Part shown: positions 45,398-54,185 of the stretch, piece by piece
How positions within the stretch are numbered: the stretch's first letter is position 1
Layout of the letters: each line of letters starts with the position of its first letter
From: Candidatus Ventricola sp.
GTDB lineage: Bacteria > Bacillota > Clostridia > Christensenellales > Aristaeellaceae
Assembly: GCA_051883755.1 (NCBI GenBank)
Contig: JBJEUI010000218.1
Span: forward strand, 13,430 to 77,429
Direction of reading: 5' to 3'
DNA length: 64,000 nucleotides
Translations under genes and position numbers: made by a program
Notes under the pieces: model-generated
The model's input: only the letters and a program-made list of their open reading frames with translations
Databases searched by the model: none
Told to the model about the DNA's origin: nothing

Positions 45398-46906
45398 ATG
45401 GATCAAAAGAAAGCGGGCGTGCTGCTCAGCTACGGGCAGACGATTCTGTCCACGCTCATCTCGCTGGTCTACACCCCGGTCATGCTGCGGCTGCTGGGGC
45501 AGAGCGAGTACGGCACCTATACGCTGGTGAACGGCTTCATCTCCAACCTCAGCCTGATGAGCTTCGGCCTGGGCAGCGCGTATGTGCGCTACTACGCGCG
45601 CTATGAGGCCAGCGAGGGCGAGGACGGCGTGGCGAAGATCAACGGCATGTTCATGGTGATCTTCCTGTGCATCGGCGCGGCGAGCCTGCTGGTGGGCGGC
45701 GTGCTGGTGGCCAACGTGCACAACATCTTCTCGGCCAAGCTGACGCCGGCGGAGGTGGAAACCGCGCGCATCCTGATGGCGCTGCTGGTGGTGAACATCG
45801 CGGTCTCCTTCCCGTGCAGCGTGTTCACGTCCTACATCACGGCCAAGGAGCAGTTCCTCTTCCAGCGCATGATCAGCATGATCCGCACGGTTTTGAGCCC
45901 CATCGTCATGCTGCCGCTGCTGCTGATGGGCCTGGGCTCCGTGTCGCTGGTGCTGGCGACGCTGGTGCTCAGCGTGGTCACCGACGCGTCGAGCATCTGG
46001 TACTGCTTCAGGAAACAGAAGATGCGCATGACGTTCGGGCGGTTTGACTGGAGACTCCTGCGCGAGATGGGCGGCTTCTCGTTCTTCATCTTCCTGAACA
46101 TGATCATCGACCAGATCAACTGGACGGTCGATACGACGATCCTGGGCATCGTCAGCGGCACGGCGGCGACGGCGGTTTACGGCGTGGGCAGCCAGATTCA
46201 CCGCTACTACATGACGCTCTCCACGTCCATCTCCGGCGTGTTCGTGCCGCAGATCAACCGGATCGTGGCGCGCGGCGAGGGCGACGATTCGCTGACCGGC
46301 CTGTTCACCCGCGTGGGCCGCATCCAGTTCATGCTGCTGATGCTGGTGCTTACCGGCTTCATCTTCGTGGGCGAGCCGTTCATCGAGGCGTGGGGCGGCG
46401 GCGAGTACGAGGGCGCATATCCCATCGCGCTGCTGCTGATGGCGCCGGTGACGGTGCCGCTGATCCAGAACCTGGGCATCGAGATCCAGCGCGCGAAGAA
46501 CAAGCATCAGTTCCGCTCCAAGGTCTATTTCTTCATGGCGCTGTTCAACGTGGCCATCTCCATCCCGCTGGCTATCCGCTTCGGCGGCATGGGCTGCGCG
46601 CTGGGCACGGCCATCTCCATGATCGTGTGCAACGGCTTTGTCATGAACTGGTATTACCACAAACACATCGGCCTTGACATGTTCCGCTTCTGGAGGAGCA
46701 TCCTGAGCATCGTGCCGTCCTTCATCCCGCCGGTGCTGCTGGGCCTGCTTGCGCTGCGCCTGCACGACTTTGCGGGCTACGGCGGCGTGGTGACGTTCGC
46801 GCTGCCGTACTGCGTGGTCTACGCGCTGAGCGTGTACCTGCTGGCGATGAATGAGAACGAAAAGAGCATGGTCAAGGGCATCGGCAGAAAGCTGATGCGC
46901 AGATAA
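45398..46906 (+). CDS. Polysaccharide/oligosaccharide flippase (MOP superfamily, Wzx-like)
   Basis: 502 aa with about 14 hydrophobic segments. AAGGAG RBS. N-terminus KKAGVLLSYGQTILSTLISLVYTPVMLRLLGQSEYG. Confidence 0.8.
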   Translation: MDQKKAGVLLSYGQTILSTLISLVYTPVMLRLLGQSEYGTYTLVNGFISNLSLMSFGLGSAYVRYYARYEASEGEDGVAKINGMFMVIFLCIGAASLLVGGVLVANVHNIFSAKLTPAEVETARILMALLVVNIAVSFPCSVFTSYITAKEQFLFQRMISMIRTVLSPIVMLPLLLMGLGSVSLVLATLVLSVVTDASSIWYCFRKQKMRMTFGRFDWRLLREMGGFSFFIFLNMIIDQINWTVDTTILGIVSGTAATAVYGVGSQIHRYYMTLSTSISGVFVPQINRIVARGEGDDSLTGLFTRVGRIQFMLLMLVLTGFIFVGEPFIEAWGGGEYEGAYPIALLLMAPVTVPLIQNLGIEIQRAKNKHQFRSKVYFFMALFNVAISIPLAIRFGGMGCALGTAISMIVCNGFVMNWYYHKHIGLDMFRFWRSILSIVPSFIPPVLLGLLALRLHDFAGYGGVVTFALPYCVVYALSVYLLAMNENEKSMVKGIGRKLMRR

Positions 46907-46910
46907 ACGC

Positions 46911-46948
46911 AACATGAAACGGACGGATTCTTCCGCCCGTTTTATGTT
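46911..46948 (+). terminator. Terminator-like hairpin after the flippase gene
   Basis: AACATGAAACGGACGG-attctt-CCGCCCGTTTTATGTT. Confidence 0.65.
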
Positions 46949-46989
46949 GCAGATTAGGCACGCTGAAGCGGTGGCTTTATCTTCAGTAA

Positions 46990-47195
46990 AAGGGAGCTAA
47001 AGTTCACGAACTCCCTCAGTCAGCTTCGCTGACAGCTCCCTCAAGAGGGAGCCTCATTCTCTTTGCGCAACCCTGGCCTCCCTCTTGAGGGACGTTTCAG
47101 CAGCCGCGCCCAGTGGGCGATGCAGGCTGATGAAACGCCGAAGGTTGGCTGCCGCAGCAGCCGGAGGGAGTGGTCTTTCGTTCACATTAGCATCC
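46990..47195. repeat. Hairpin-dense intergenic block (six or more consecutive GC-rich stem-loops, inverted-repeat-like ends)
   Basis: GTCAGC-ttc-GCTGAC (47019-47033). GCTCCCTC-aa-GAGGGAGC (47035-47052). TCCCT...AGGGA (47079-47092). GTTTCAGCAGCC...GGCTGATGAAAC (47094-47136). GGCTGC-cgca-GCAGCC (47146-47161). The ends GCTAAAGTTCACGAA and TTCGTTCACATTAGC are inverted. Confidence 0.55.
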
Positions 47196-47214
47196 TAAAG
47201 TTAACAATCACTCT

Positions 47215-48177
47215 CTATGAAAGAAACCTGCTCAAAAACGCCGCCGTCTGCGCCGCAATGGCCTCCTCAAGGGCCTCCGGCCCCTTCTGCTGTGCGCGGG
47301 AGAGCGTCAGCAGGTCCAGCAGCGCCTCGTGTCCGGGGATGACCGGATGTGCGCTGCACAGCCGCCGGGCGCGGGAGCCGTCCAGCAGCGGCAGAAGCAC
47401 CGGATGCGGCGGCTCGGTTTCCCGCAGCGCGCGGCCATGGCCGCAGCAGGCGCTCAGGTGCAGCGCGGCGGTGCGGCCCGGCATGAGGTTCTGTGCGCCG
47501 GCCTCCAGGTTGAAGACGCCCGTGCAGGCCGTGTCGCCCAGCAGGAAGCGCGCGCCCAGCAGCAGGCTGCCCATGCAGACGTCCAGCGGATGCAGGAACA
47601 CGCCCTGCGCGCCGGGGTGCGGCACGATCAGCGGCTCGCCCGCGTCAAGCGCATGGCACCAGAGGTCATAGGGCGCGACGGCGGGATGCCCGCAGCCCAG
47701 GCACGGCAGGTGGCGGACGGTAAGCACGTGCACGGGATCGCCCAGCAGGCCGCGGCTCACGCCGTCGGCAAAGAGCTGGAGGATGGCCTGGAAGAGGCCC
47801 TCGCGCGTCTCGCCGCCGATGGGGTCGTCCTCGCGCACGGCCCACGGGCGCTGCGCGGCGCGGTAGGCGCTCTCGTCGCACAGGAGCATGACCAGCGGTA
47901 CGCCGGCCTCGCGCGCCTCGATGAGCAGCGCGTCAAGTGCCTGAAGCTGGCTGATCAGGCCGCCGGAAAGCGCACGCAGGCATGGAACGATCACACAGCA
48001 GAAGCGTCCGGCGGAAAGCGTGCGTGCCAGCGTTTCGCTGCTGCACGGCAGAGGAAGGCACAGGGGCCGCGCGCCCAGCTCGACAAGCAGCCCGCGCATG
48101 AAGCGGGTCATCCGGTCACCGCTGCCCAGGAGAAGCACGCGCCGCGCGCCCCAGGCGGCCATCAGGGATTGAAGCAT
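47215..48177 (-). CDS. CDP-glucose 4,6-dehydratase (RfbG)-like extended-SDR homologue lacking cofactor and catalytic motifs
   Basis: AAGGAGG RBS. Colinear with RfbG: RRVLLLGSGDRMT vs KRVFVTGHTGFKG. WAVREDDPIGGETREGLF vs WGYRENEPMGGYDPYSNSKG. VRHLPCLGCG vs VRAGNVIGGG. GVFNLEAG vs GWNFGP. Confidence 0.55.
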   Translation of the reverse strand: MLQSLMAAWGARRVLLLGSGDRMTRFMRGLLVELGARPLCLPLPCSSETLARTLSAGRFCCVIVPCLRALSGGLISQLQALDALLIEAREAGVPLVMLLCDESAYRAAQRPWAVREDDPIGGETREGLFQAILQLFADGVSRGLLGDPVHVLTVRHLPCLGCGHPAVAPYDLWCHALDAGEPLIVPHPGAQGVFLHPLDVCMGSLLLGARFLLGDTACTGVFNLEAGAQNLMPGRTAALHLSACCGHGRALRETEPPHPVLLPLLDGSRARRLCSAHPVIPGHEALLDLLTLSRAQQKGPEALEEAIAAQTAAFLSRFLS

Positions 48178-48322
48178 CGACTCGGCCTCCTTTGCCCATG
48201 GATCGTCTAAGCGTATGGCGCGCGGGTTTCAAATAGTCTGCCCTGACCTTGCGGCAATCACTCTTTTTTCCCGGGCGGGATTGTGATATAATCAGGTCAA
48301 CGATTTGTGTACGGAGGCCGAC

Positions 48323-49813
48323 ATGATGATGAAAAAGACCGCGGCGCTGCTGCTGACGATGCTCCTGTGCCTTGTCGCAGGCCTTGCACAGGCCCTGACC
48401 GTGACGGGCCTGGAGACGGAATTGGTGGGGCGCGACTGGGAGACGAGCCAGTTTTTTGCCCGCATGGAAGCGCTGACCGGCGTGAGCGTGCAGGCCAGCG
48501 GCGTATCCGACGAGGACGAATACGCCAAGATGATCGCCGCAATGGAGAAGGGCGACGTGACAGCGGACGTGCTGTTCAAGGCGGAGCTCTCCCGCGCGCA
48601 GGAGATTGCGCTGCTGGACAGCGGCGCGATCATCGATCTCGCGCCGCTGATTGAGGAAAACATGCCGAACCTGAGCGCGCTGCTTCATGCGCATCCCGAT
48701 TGGCGTGAGGTGATCACGCTGGAGGACGGGCGCATCGCGTCGCTGCCGCTGCTCAACGAGCATGAGCGCCAGGTGATGCTGTGGATCAACCGCGCGTGGC
48801 TTGACAAGCTGGGCGTGGCCATGCCCACGACGGTTGCGGAGCTGACGGACGCGCTGCTGGCGATCCGGGACGGCGATCCCAACGGAAACGGCAAGGCCGA
48901 CGAGGTCGGCGCGGATCTGATCGGCGTGTATGAGATGCGCTGGCTGCTGCCGTACTTCGGCATCGTGGCGGACGATTACAACCTGGCGCGCAATGCGGAG
49001 GGCGAAATCGTCTTCGCGCCGGAACTGCCGGCATACCGCGAGTTCATCGCGCTGCTCAAGGACTGGACCGCGCGCGGCGTGCTGCGCGAGGACGCGTTCA
49101 CGGCGATGCACAGCACCCAGGCGCTGAACGAGCGCGATGAGGACGCGCCGATCACCAGCGGCATGCTGCTGTCCATGACGCCGTATACGCACATTGCGGC
49201 CAGCGCCGTGACGGACTATGAGCCGGTGCTGCTCGCCGGCCCGGACGGCACGACGCGCTGGCGCGATCTGCTGGGCGGCGTGTGGACCGGCTGCTTCGCG
49301 GTGACGAGCGCCTGCCAGGATCCGGCGCAGGCGCTGCGCTGGGTGGATGCGCTCTACGCCGAGGAGGGCGCGCGGCTGGGTTACGCGGGCGTTGAGGGCG
49401 AGGACTACACGGTCAGCAGCGAGGGCCTCTGGTCGATTATCCTCAGCGGCAGCCGCGACGTGAGCACGATCCGCTCCCAGGTGCTCATGTACACCGGCAC
49501 GGCCATGCCGGGCCTGTATCCGGCGGAGTTCATTTCCCGCGTGGACAGCGAGATCGACCGCCATGTGTTTGCGGCGAGCGAGAAGGCGCAGGCCGTCAGC
49601 GAGCGCGTGACGCAGGCATACTGCCTGAGCGCAGCGGATCAGGAAAGGGCGGACGCGCTGAGCGCCGAGGTGGGCAGGCTGGCGGATATCGGCATCGCGC
49701 GGTTTGCCACCGGCGAGCTTGAACTGACGGACGAAAACTATGACGCGTGGCTGGCGGAGATGAAGGCGGCCGGCAGCGATGAGCTGGCTGCGCTGTTTCA
49801 GGACGCCCGTTGA
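48323..49813 (+). CDS. Extracellular solute-binding protein (large family-1 SBP), no adjacent permease genes
   Basis: Signal peptide MMMKKTAALLLTMLLCLVAGLA. ACGGAGG RBS. TGATATAAT at 48284-48292. Confidence 0.8.
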   Translation: MMMKKTAALLLTMLLCLVAGLAQALTVTGLETELVGRDWETSQFFARMEALTGVSVQASGVSDEDEYAKMIAAMEKGDVTADVLFKAELSRAQEIALLDSGAIIDLAPLIEENMPNLSALLHAHPDWREVITLEDGRIASLPLLNEHERQVMLWINRAWLDKLGVAMPTTVAELTDALLAIRDGDPNGNGKADEVGADLIGVYEMRWLLPYFGIVADDYNLARNAEGEIVFAPELPAYREFIALLKDWTARGVLREDAFTAMHSTQALNERDEDAPITSGMLLSMTPYTHIAASAVTDYEPVLLAGPDGTTRWRDLLGGVWTGCFAVTSACQDPAQALRWVDALYAEEGARLGYAGVEGEDYTVSSEGLWSIILSGSRDVSTIRSQVLMYTGTAMPGLYPAEFISRVDSEIDRHVFAASEKAQAVSERVTQAYCLSAADQERADALSAEVGRLADIGIARFATGELELTDENYDAWLAEMKAAGSDELAALFQDAR

Positions 49814-49834
49814 CCGGCTCACAAACCCATACAG

Positions 49835-49865
49835 GCGGACGGCTCATGCGGCCGTCCGCTTTTTG
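49835..49865 (+). terminator. Intrinsic terminator
   Basis: GCGGACGGC-tcatgcg-GCCGTCCGC followed by TTTTT. Confidence 0.9.
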
Positions 49866-49914
49866 TCAAGTTGCGTCCGCCCTGCGCATAGGATACCCCC
49901 GGAGGCGATGAAGG

Positions 49915-50202
49915 ATGGAGCAGGGGATGAATCTCAGCGCGCGGCCGCATATGCTGACGCTCGAGGGGCGCGCGCATGCGCGGCTGTCCGGCGTGATGGC
50001 GGTATGCTGCTTTAACGAGCAGGAGATTGTGCTGGAAACCTCGGAGGGCGAGGTCGCCCTGCTGGGCGAGCAGCTGCACATCGAACAGCTGAATCTGGAG
50101 GACGGTCAGCTGGACGTGACGGGCGAGATTTCCGGCATCGAGTACAACGGCCCCGTCAGGAAGAAGGAAAAGCGCGGCCTGTTTGCGCGCAGACGCAAGT
50201 GA
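49915..50202 (+). CDS. yabP: Sporulation protein YabP
   Basis: HMLTLEGRAHARLSGVMAVCCFNEQEIVLETSEGEVALLGEQLHIEQLNLEDGQLDVTGEISGIEY matches the YabP/YqfC family. Confidence 0.85.
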   Translation: MEQGMNLSARPHMLTLEGRAHARLSGVMAVCCFNEQEIVLETSEGEVALLGEQLHIEQLNLEDGQLDVTGEISGIEYNGPVRKKEKRGLFARRRK

Positions 50203-50510
50203 CGGTGATCGAGCAGGCGCGCGTGTTCCTGGCCATGGCCCTGTGCGGTGCGCTGCTCGGGGCCGTTTACGATGCGCTGGGCGCGCTGCGCCGCGGAAGG
50301 ATTCTGACGGCGGCGGCCGATCTGCTTTTCGGCGTGCTGGCAGCCGGCGCGGTGATTGCGGCGGCGCTGGCGCTTTGCTGCGAGGCGTACAGGCTGTACA
50401 CGCTGCTGGGCGTCAGCGCGGGCTTTGCGCTCTATCAGTGCTCGATAGGAACCTTTGTTCGCTTTTTGAAGGGGAGATTGAAAAACCTGTCAAAAAAAGA
50501 GAAAAATTAG
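50199..50510 (+). CDS. yabQ: Spore cortex biosynthesis protein YabQ
   Basis: The GTG start overlaps the yabP stop. Small membrane protein beginning IEQARVFLAMALCGALLGAVYD, in the conserved position after yabP. Confidence 0.8.
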   Translation: MTVIEQARVFLAMALCGALLGAVYDALGALRRGRILTAAADLLFGVLAAGAVIAAALALCCEAYRLYTLLGVSAGFALYQCSIGTFVRFLKGRLKNLSKKEKN

Positions 50511-50603
50511 ACAGAAATATCCGCGGGGGTGCAGGAAAACGGCGGATTGAGACGAATATTCAACACACTGTACGTTTGAAATCAGGGAAGCGGGGGAACG
50601 GAC

Positions 50604-50942
50604 ATGGGGAAGAATAAGGTGAGGATCCGGCCTTTCAGGATTCTGTCCGTGCTGCTGGGCGGCGCTGCGCTGGTCATGCTGTCCCGTTTCCCGGCGAAAG
50701 CCGTGAGCCTGGAGCGCCAGCAGCAGCAGCTGGAGGACGCGGCGCAGGCCTACTACGACGCGCAGAGCCGCAACAACCAGCTGACCACCGAGCTCTCGGA
50801 GATCAATACGGCGGATTTTGTGGAGCGCACGGCCCGCCGCGACTATGGCTACTGCTGGTATGGCGAGGTCATCTATGAGGTTGGCAACCTCGAGGACATC
50901 GAGCAGAAGCCTGAATTTGAAATCTACGACGGGGAAGAATAA
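50604..50942 (+). CDS. divIC: Septum formation initiator family protein (DivIC/FtsB-like)
   Basis: One TM segment, a coiled coil (LERQQQQLEDAAQAYYDAQSRNNQL) and the tail ADFVERTARRDYGY. Conserved yabP-yabQ-divIC order. Confidence 0.8.
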   Translation: MGKNKVRIRPFRILSVLLGGAALVMLSRFPAKAVSLERQQQQLEDAAQAYYDAQSRNNQLTTELSEINTADFVERTARRDYGYCWYGEVIYEVGNLEDIEQKPEFEIYDGEE

Positions 50943-50979
50943 GCTTACAATCATATATGGGAGTCACGGAGGGAATGCC

Positions 50980-51879
50980 ATGCGTCTTGCCTGTATGGGG
51001 ATCGGTTCCAACGCCATTCGCCTGCTGATTGCGCAGTGGACGGAGGGGAGGCTGTGTGCAGTCCGCCGTGAACGCCGGGGGACGCGTCTGTTCGCAGGGC
51101 TTGTGAACGGCGCGCTGACCGAGGAGAGCATCAGGTCTTCTGTGGAGGCCGTCGCGGAGCTGGCTATGCTTGCCCGCCGGGACGGCGTACAGGAGATTTT
51201 TGTTTTTGCCACCAGCGCCGTGCGCGACGCATTCAACGGCGAGGAGTTTACCCGCCGCGCGGAGGCGGCCAGCGGCACGAAGATCGAGATCATCTCCGGC
51301 GAGCAGGAGGCGGTGCTCTCCTACATCGGCGCGAGCGAGGGCGGACGCTGCGGCGTGATGGACATCGGCGGCGGCTCCACGGAATTCACCATCGGCGAGG
51401 ACGAGCGCACGCTGGGCGCGGTGAGCCTGCAGATGGGCGCGGTGCGCATGAATGCGCAGACGCCGATCCTGCGCGTCGAGGACTATGAGGCGACGGTGGG
51501 CCGCTGCATGAACATGATCCGCCGGGACGCGGCCGCGCTGCTGAACGGCCCGAAGGCGGAGCGCTGGATGGGCGTCGGCGGCACGATGACGACGCTGGGC
51601 GCCATGCAAAAGCGCGTGCCGATGTTTGAACCGAAGCTGTGCGAGGGAATGCGCGTATCACAGGCGGACGTATGCGCGTGGGGACGCAGGCTGTCCCGCC
51701 TGACGATCACGGAGCGCCGGCAGATTGTGGGCCTGATGCCGCACCGCGCGGACATCATCCCCAGCGGCATCGCCATTCTGGAGGCTGCGATGCGCGTGTT
51801 TGGCATGGAGGAGCTGGGGCTCTCCGCACACGGCAACATGGATGGCTATCTGAAGAAAAAATTCAGAGAAATGTATTGA
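50980..51879 (+). CDS. Ppx/GppA-family phosphatase (N-terminal ASKHA domains only)
   Basis: ATG 50980 follows GGAGGG. Contains MGIGSNAIRLLIA and DIGGGSTEF. Confidence 0.85.
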   Translation: MRLACMGIGSNAIRLLIAQWTEGRLCAVRRERRGTRLFAGLVNGALTEESIRSSVEAVAELAMLARRDGVQEIFVFATSAVRDAFNGEEFTRRAEAASGTKIEIISGEQEAVLSYIGASEGGRCGVMDIGGGSTEFTIGEDERTLGAVSLQMGAVRMNAQTPILRVEDYEATVGRCMNMIRRDAAALLNGPKAERWMGVGGTMTTLGAMQKRVPMFEPKLCEGMRVSQADVCAWGRRLSRLTITERRQIVGLMPHRADIIPSGIAILEAAMRVFGMEELGLSAHGNMDGYLKKKFREMY

Positions 51880-51904
51880 CAGATGATGGAGAATGCGATA
51901 TAAT
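51876..51904 (+). promoter_or_regulatory. Consensus sigma-A promoter of the tRNA-Met pair
   Basis: TTGACA (51876-51881), 17-nt spacer, TATAAT (51899-51904). The -35 overlaps the ppx stop codon. Confidence 0.75.
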
Positions 51905-51936
51905 GAGCAACGTCGTCAGAACGACGCAGACAACAT

Positions 51937-52013
51937 CGCGGGATGGAGCAGTCTGGCAGCTCGTCGGGCTCATAACCCGAAGGTCGAAGGTTCAAATCCT
52001 TCTCCCGCAACCA
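51937..52013 (+). tRNA. Initiator tRNA-fMet (CAU)
   Basis: CGCGGGA...TCCCGCAACCA shows a C1-A72 mismatch. The anticodon stem has three G-C pairs (TCGGGCTCATAACCCGA). CCA is encoded. Confidence 0.9.
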
Positions 52014-52017
52014 CTTT

Positions 52018-52094
52018 GGCTCAATAGCTCAGCTGGCTAGAGCGTCCGGTTCATACCCGGCAGGTCGATGGTTCGAATCCGTCTTGAGCCACCA
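52018..52094 (+). tRNA. Elongator tRNA-Met (CAU)
   Basis: GGCTCAATAGCTCAGCTGGCTAGAGCGTCCGGTTCATACCCGGCAGGTCGATGGTTCGAATCCGTCTTGAGCCACCA. The anticodon arm resembles Bacillus elongator Met rather than the lysidine Ile2 tRNA. Confidence 0.8.
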
Positions 52095-52096
52095 CA

Positions 52097-52133
52097 AACT
52101 CACCAATCAGAAATGGTTGGTGAGTTCTTTTTT
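52097..52133 (+). terminator. Intrinsic terminator of the tRNA operon
   Basis: AACTCACCAA-tcagaaatgg-TTGGTGAGTT followed by CTTTTTT. Confidence 0.9.
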
Positions 52134-52350
52134 GCCCGGAATTACGAACTGCCCATTGCTGTGACCCGCCGAGCGGCATTCCCGGCGCAGTACGTCTCGC
52201 CGGAGGCCGGGGCCCTGATACGCGTCAAAATATCCCTGAGAAAGATTCGGAACTGGAAATTTTGTATAGGGTTCTGTGCAAAGATATGTTATAATCCTTT
52301 TGAATATATTTTGCGGCGCCTGATAAGCAGCGGCGCTGAATACGGAAGAA

Positions 52351-53268
52351 ATGAGGATGGCGATGAGACGAATCGGCTGGGCGCTGCTGATGCTGGTGCT
52401 CCTTGCGTGGGCAGCTGCGGCGGTGGGAGAAGGGGAAACGATCACCTACAGGGACTATGGAGGAAAGCTTACCGTTTCTGCGGATGCGGAATACATCGAT
52501 CTGGGCAGGATGAAGGTGGAGAATTTTGACGCCTTTGAACGCTTTCTGGATGCGCTGCCCCAGGTGCGGCAGGTGGACATGTATGCCACGCACATGTTCA
52601 ACCGGCAGGCCAAGCGCCTGAGCGAGCGGTATCCGCAGATCGAGTTCGGCTGGACGATCTACGTCGGCGACCACACGGTCCGCACGGATCAGACCGCCTT
52701 TTCCACGCTGCATGACAGCGTCGAGCGCAGACACACCTCCGGGGATCTGGAGGCGCTGCGCTACTGCCGCAGCCTGCGTGCGCTGGATCTCGGGCACAAC
52801 GACCTGACGGATATCTCCTTTCTGGCGGATCTCAGCGAATTGCGGGTGCTCATCCTGGCGGACAACCGGATCGAGGATCTCTCGCCGCTGGCGGGCCTTG
52901 AGCATCTGACGTATATCGAGCTCTTCGACAACCGCGTGACCAGCTTTGCGCCGCTGACGGGCCTGCGCAGCCTTGTGGACCTGAATGTTGCCCAGAATTG
53001 CGCGGCGTCGCTTGATCCGCTGTGCGGCATGCCCTGGCTTGAGCGCCTGTGGCTGTGCGCATGCGGGGACGCCCGGGACGTCCTGACGCCGGCGGCGCTG
53101 GAGGCGCTCAGCGCAGCGCTGCCTGAAACCCGGATTGACGCATCTTCCCTCGGTACGGACGGCGGCTGGCGCTCACACCCGCACTACGACGTCCTGTTTC
53201 AGATGTTCAAGGGGAAGGACTACCTGCCCTTTGAGGACGACGCATCGCCGGCAGGGGAAAGCCTGTGA
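52351..53268 (+). CDS. Secreted leucine-rich-repeat protein
   Basis: Signal peptide RRIGWALLMLVLLAWAAAAVG. 22-residue LRRs LRALDLGHNDLTDISFLADLSELRVLILADNRIEDLSPLAGLEHLTYIELFDNRVTSFAPLTGL. The start codon is ambiguous (52351, 52357 or 52363). Confidence 0.8.
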   Translation: MRMAMRRIGWALLMLVLLAWAAAAVGEGETITYRDYGGKLTVSADAEYIDLGRMKVENFDAFERFLDALPQVRQVDMYATHMFNRQAKRLSERYPQIEFGWTIYVGDHTVRTDQTAFSTLHDSVERRHTSGDLEALRYCRSLRALDLGHNDLTDISFLADLSELRVLILADNRIEDLSPLAGLEHLTYIELFDNRVTSFAPLTGLRSLVDLNVAQNCAASLDPLCGMPWLERLWLCACGDARDVLTPAALEALSAALPETRIDASSLGTDGGWRSHPHYDVLFQMFKGKDYLPFEDDASPAGESL

Positions 53269-53314
53269 ATGACAGATAGCAAATGATAGCAAAAGAAGAG
53301 AAAGGGAGAACAAC

Positions 53315-54166
53315 ATGAGAAAATGGATGCTGCTGCTGATGTGCTGCCTGCTGCTGATGCCGGGCGCCGCACTGGCGGAGGAGAATGCCTATGATCTGCC
53401 GCTGGACATCGATTTCGCCAACTATCCGGCGGATCCGGCGGGCTTTACGGAGGATGCCTATCACGATGAGAGCCTGGACGTGCGCCTGGAGACCGGAAGC
53501 CTGCGCGGCGTGCAGTACTATGTGGCGTACTTTCAGGTGAAGAGCCCCACGCAGCTGCGCACGGCCATTGCCGGCCGGCCCAACGAGAGCGTGGCGGCGC
53601 TGCCCTCCCAGATGGGCAAGGCCAAGAACGCTGTCCTGATCCTGAACGGAGAGTACTACATCCAGCGCACGAAGGACATCTTCATCTACCGTCAGGGCAA
53701 GGTGTTCCGCGATCAGCCGGACCCGGTGAAGGACGTGCTCATCATCGATGACGCCGGCGATTTCCACATCTATACCAGCAAGGACAAGGCGGCGGAGATT
53801 CAGGCGTTCCAGGACGAGGGCGGAACGATCATCAATGCCTTCTCCTTTGGCCCGGCGCTCATGATCGACGGCAAGCGGATTCCGTACAGAGAGGACTACT
53901 ATTTCTATCCCTATGAGCGCACGGGCCGTTCGGCTGTGGGCCAGCTCGGCGCGCTTTCCTATGCGTTCATCTACTGCCCGGGCGCCACGCAGAAGGAGAT
54001 CGGCGACATTGCCGAGGCGCTTAACCTGCAGCAGGCGTACAATCTGGACGGCGGCAACTCCAGCGTCATGATCTTCAACGGCAAGTATGTTGGCGGCAAG
54101 AAGAGAAACACGGAACGCGAGCAGAGCGACATCCTGTATGTGGTCAGCGCGGTCGCACCCGATTGA
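53315..54166 (+). CDS. Phosphodiester glycosidase family protein (DUF2233/NAGPA-like), secreted
   Basis: Signal peptide MRKWMLLLMCCLLLMPGAALA. Contains LILNGEYY, AFSFGPALMIDGK, RSAVGQ and YNLDGGNSSVM. Confidence 0.8.
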   Translation: MRKWMLLLMCCLLLMPGAALAEENAYDLPLDIDFANYPADPAGFTEDAYHDESLDVRLETGSLRGVQYYVAYFQVKSPTQLRTAIAGRPNESVAALPSQMGKAKNAVLILNGEYYIQRTKDIFIYRQGKVFRDQPDPVKDVLIIDDAGDFHIYTSKDKAAEIQAFQDEGGTIINAFSFGPALMIDGKRIPYREDYYFYPYERTGRSAVGQLGALSYAFIYCPGATQKEIGDIAEALNLQQAYNLDGGNSSVMIFNGKYVGGKKRNTEREQSDILYVVSAVAPD

Positions 54167-54185
54167 TGAGCGGAGGGAAGCCTGT

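Noticed and set aside
52018-52094. Second CAU tRNA as tRNA-Ile2 (lysidine)
   Set aside because: The anticodon arm CCGGTTCATACCCGG and the D-arm resemble elongator tRNA-Met of Bacillus-type organisms more than tRNA-Ile2. Identity still needs an isotype model.
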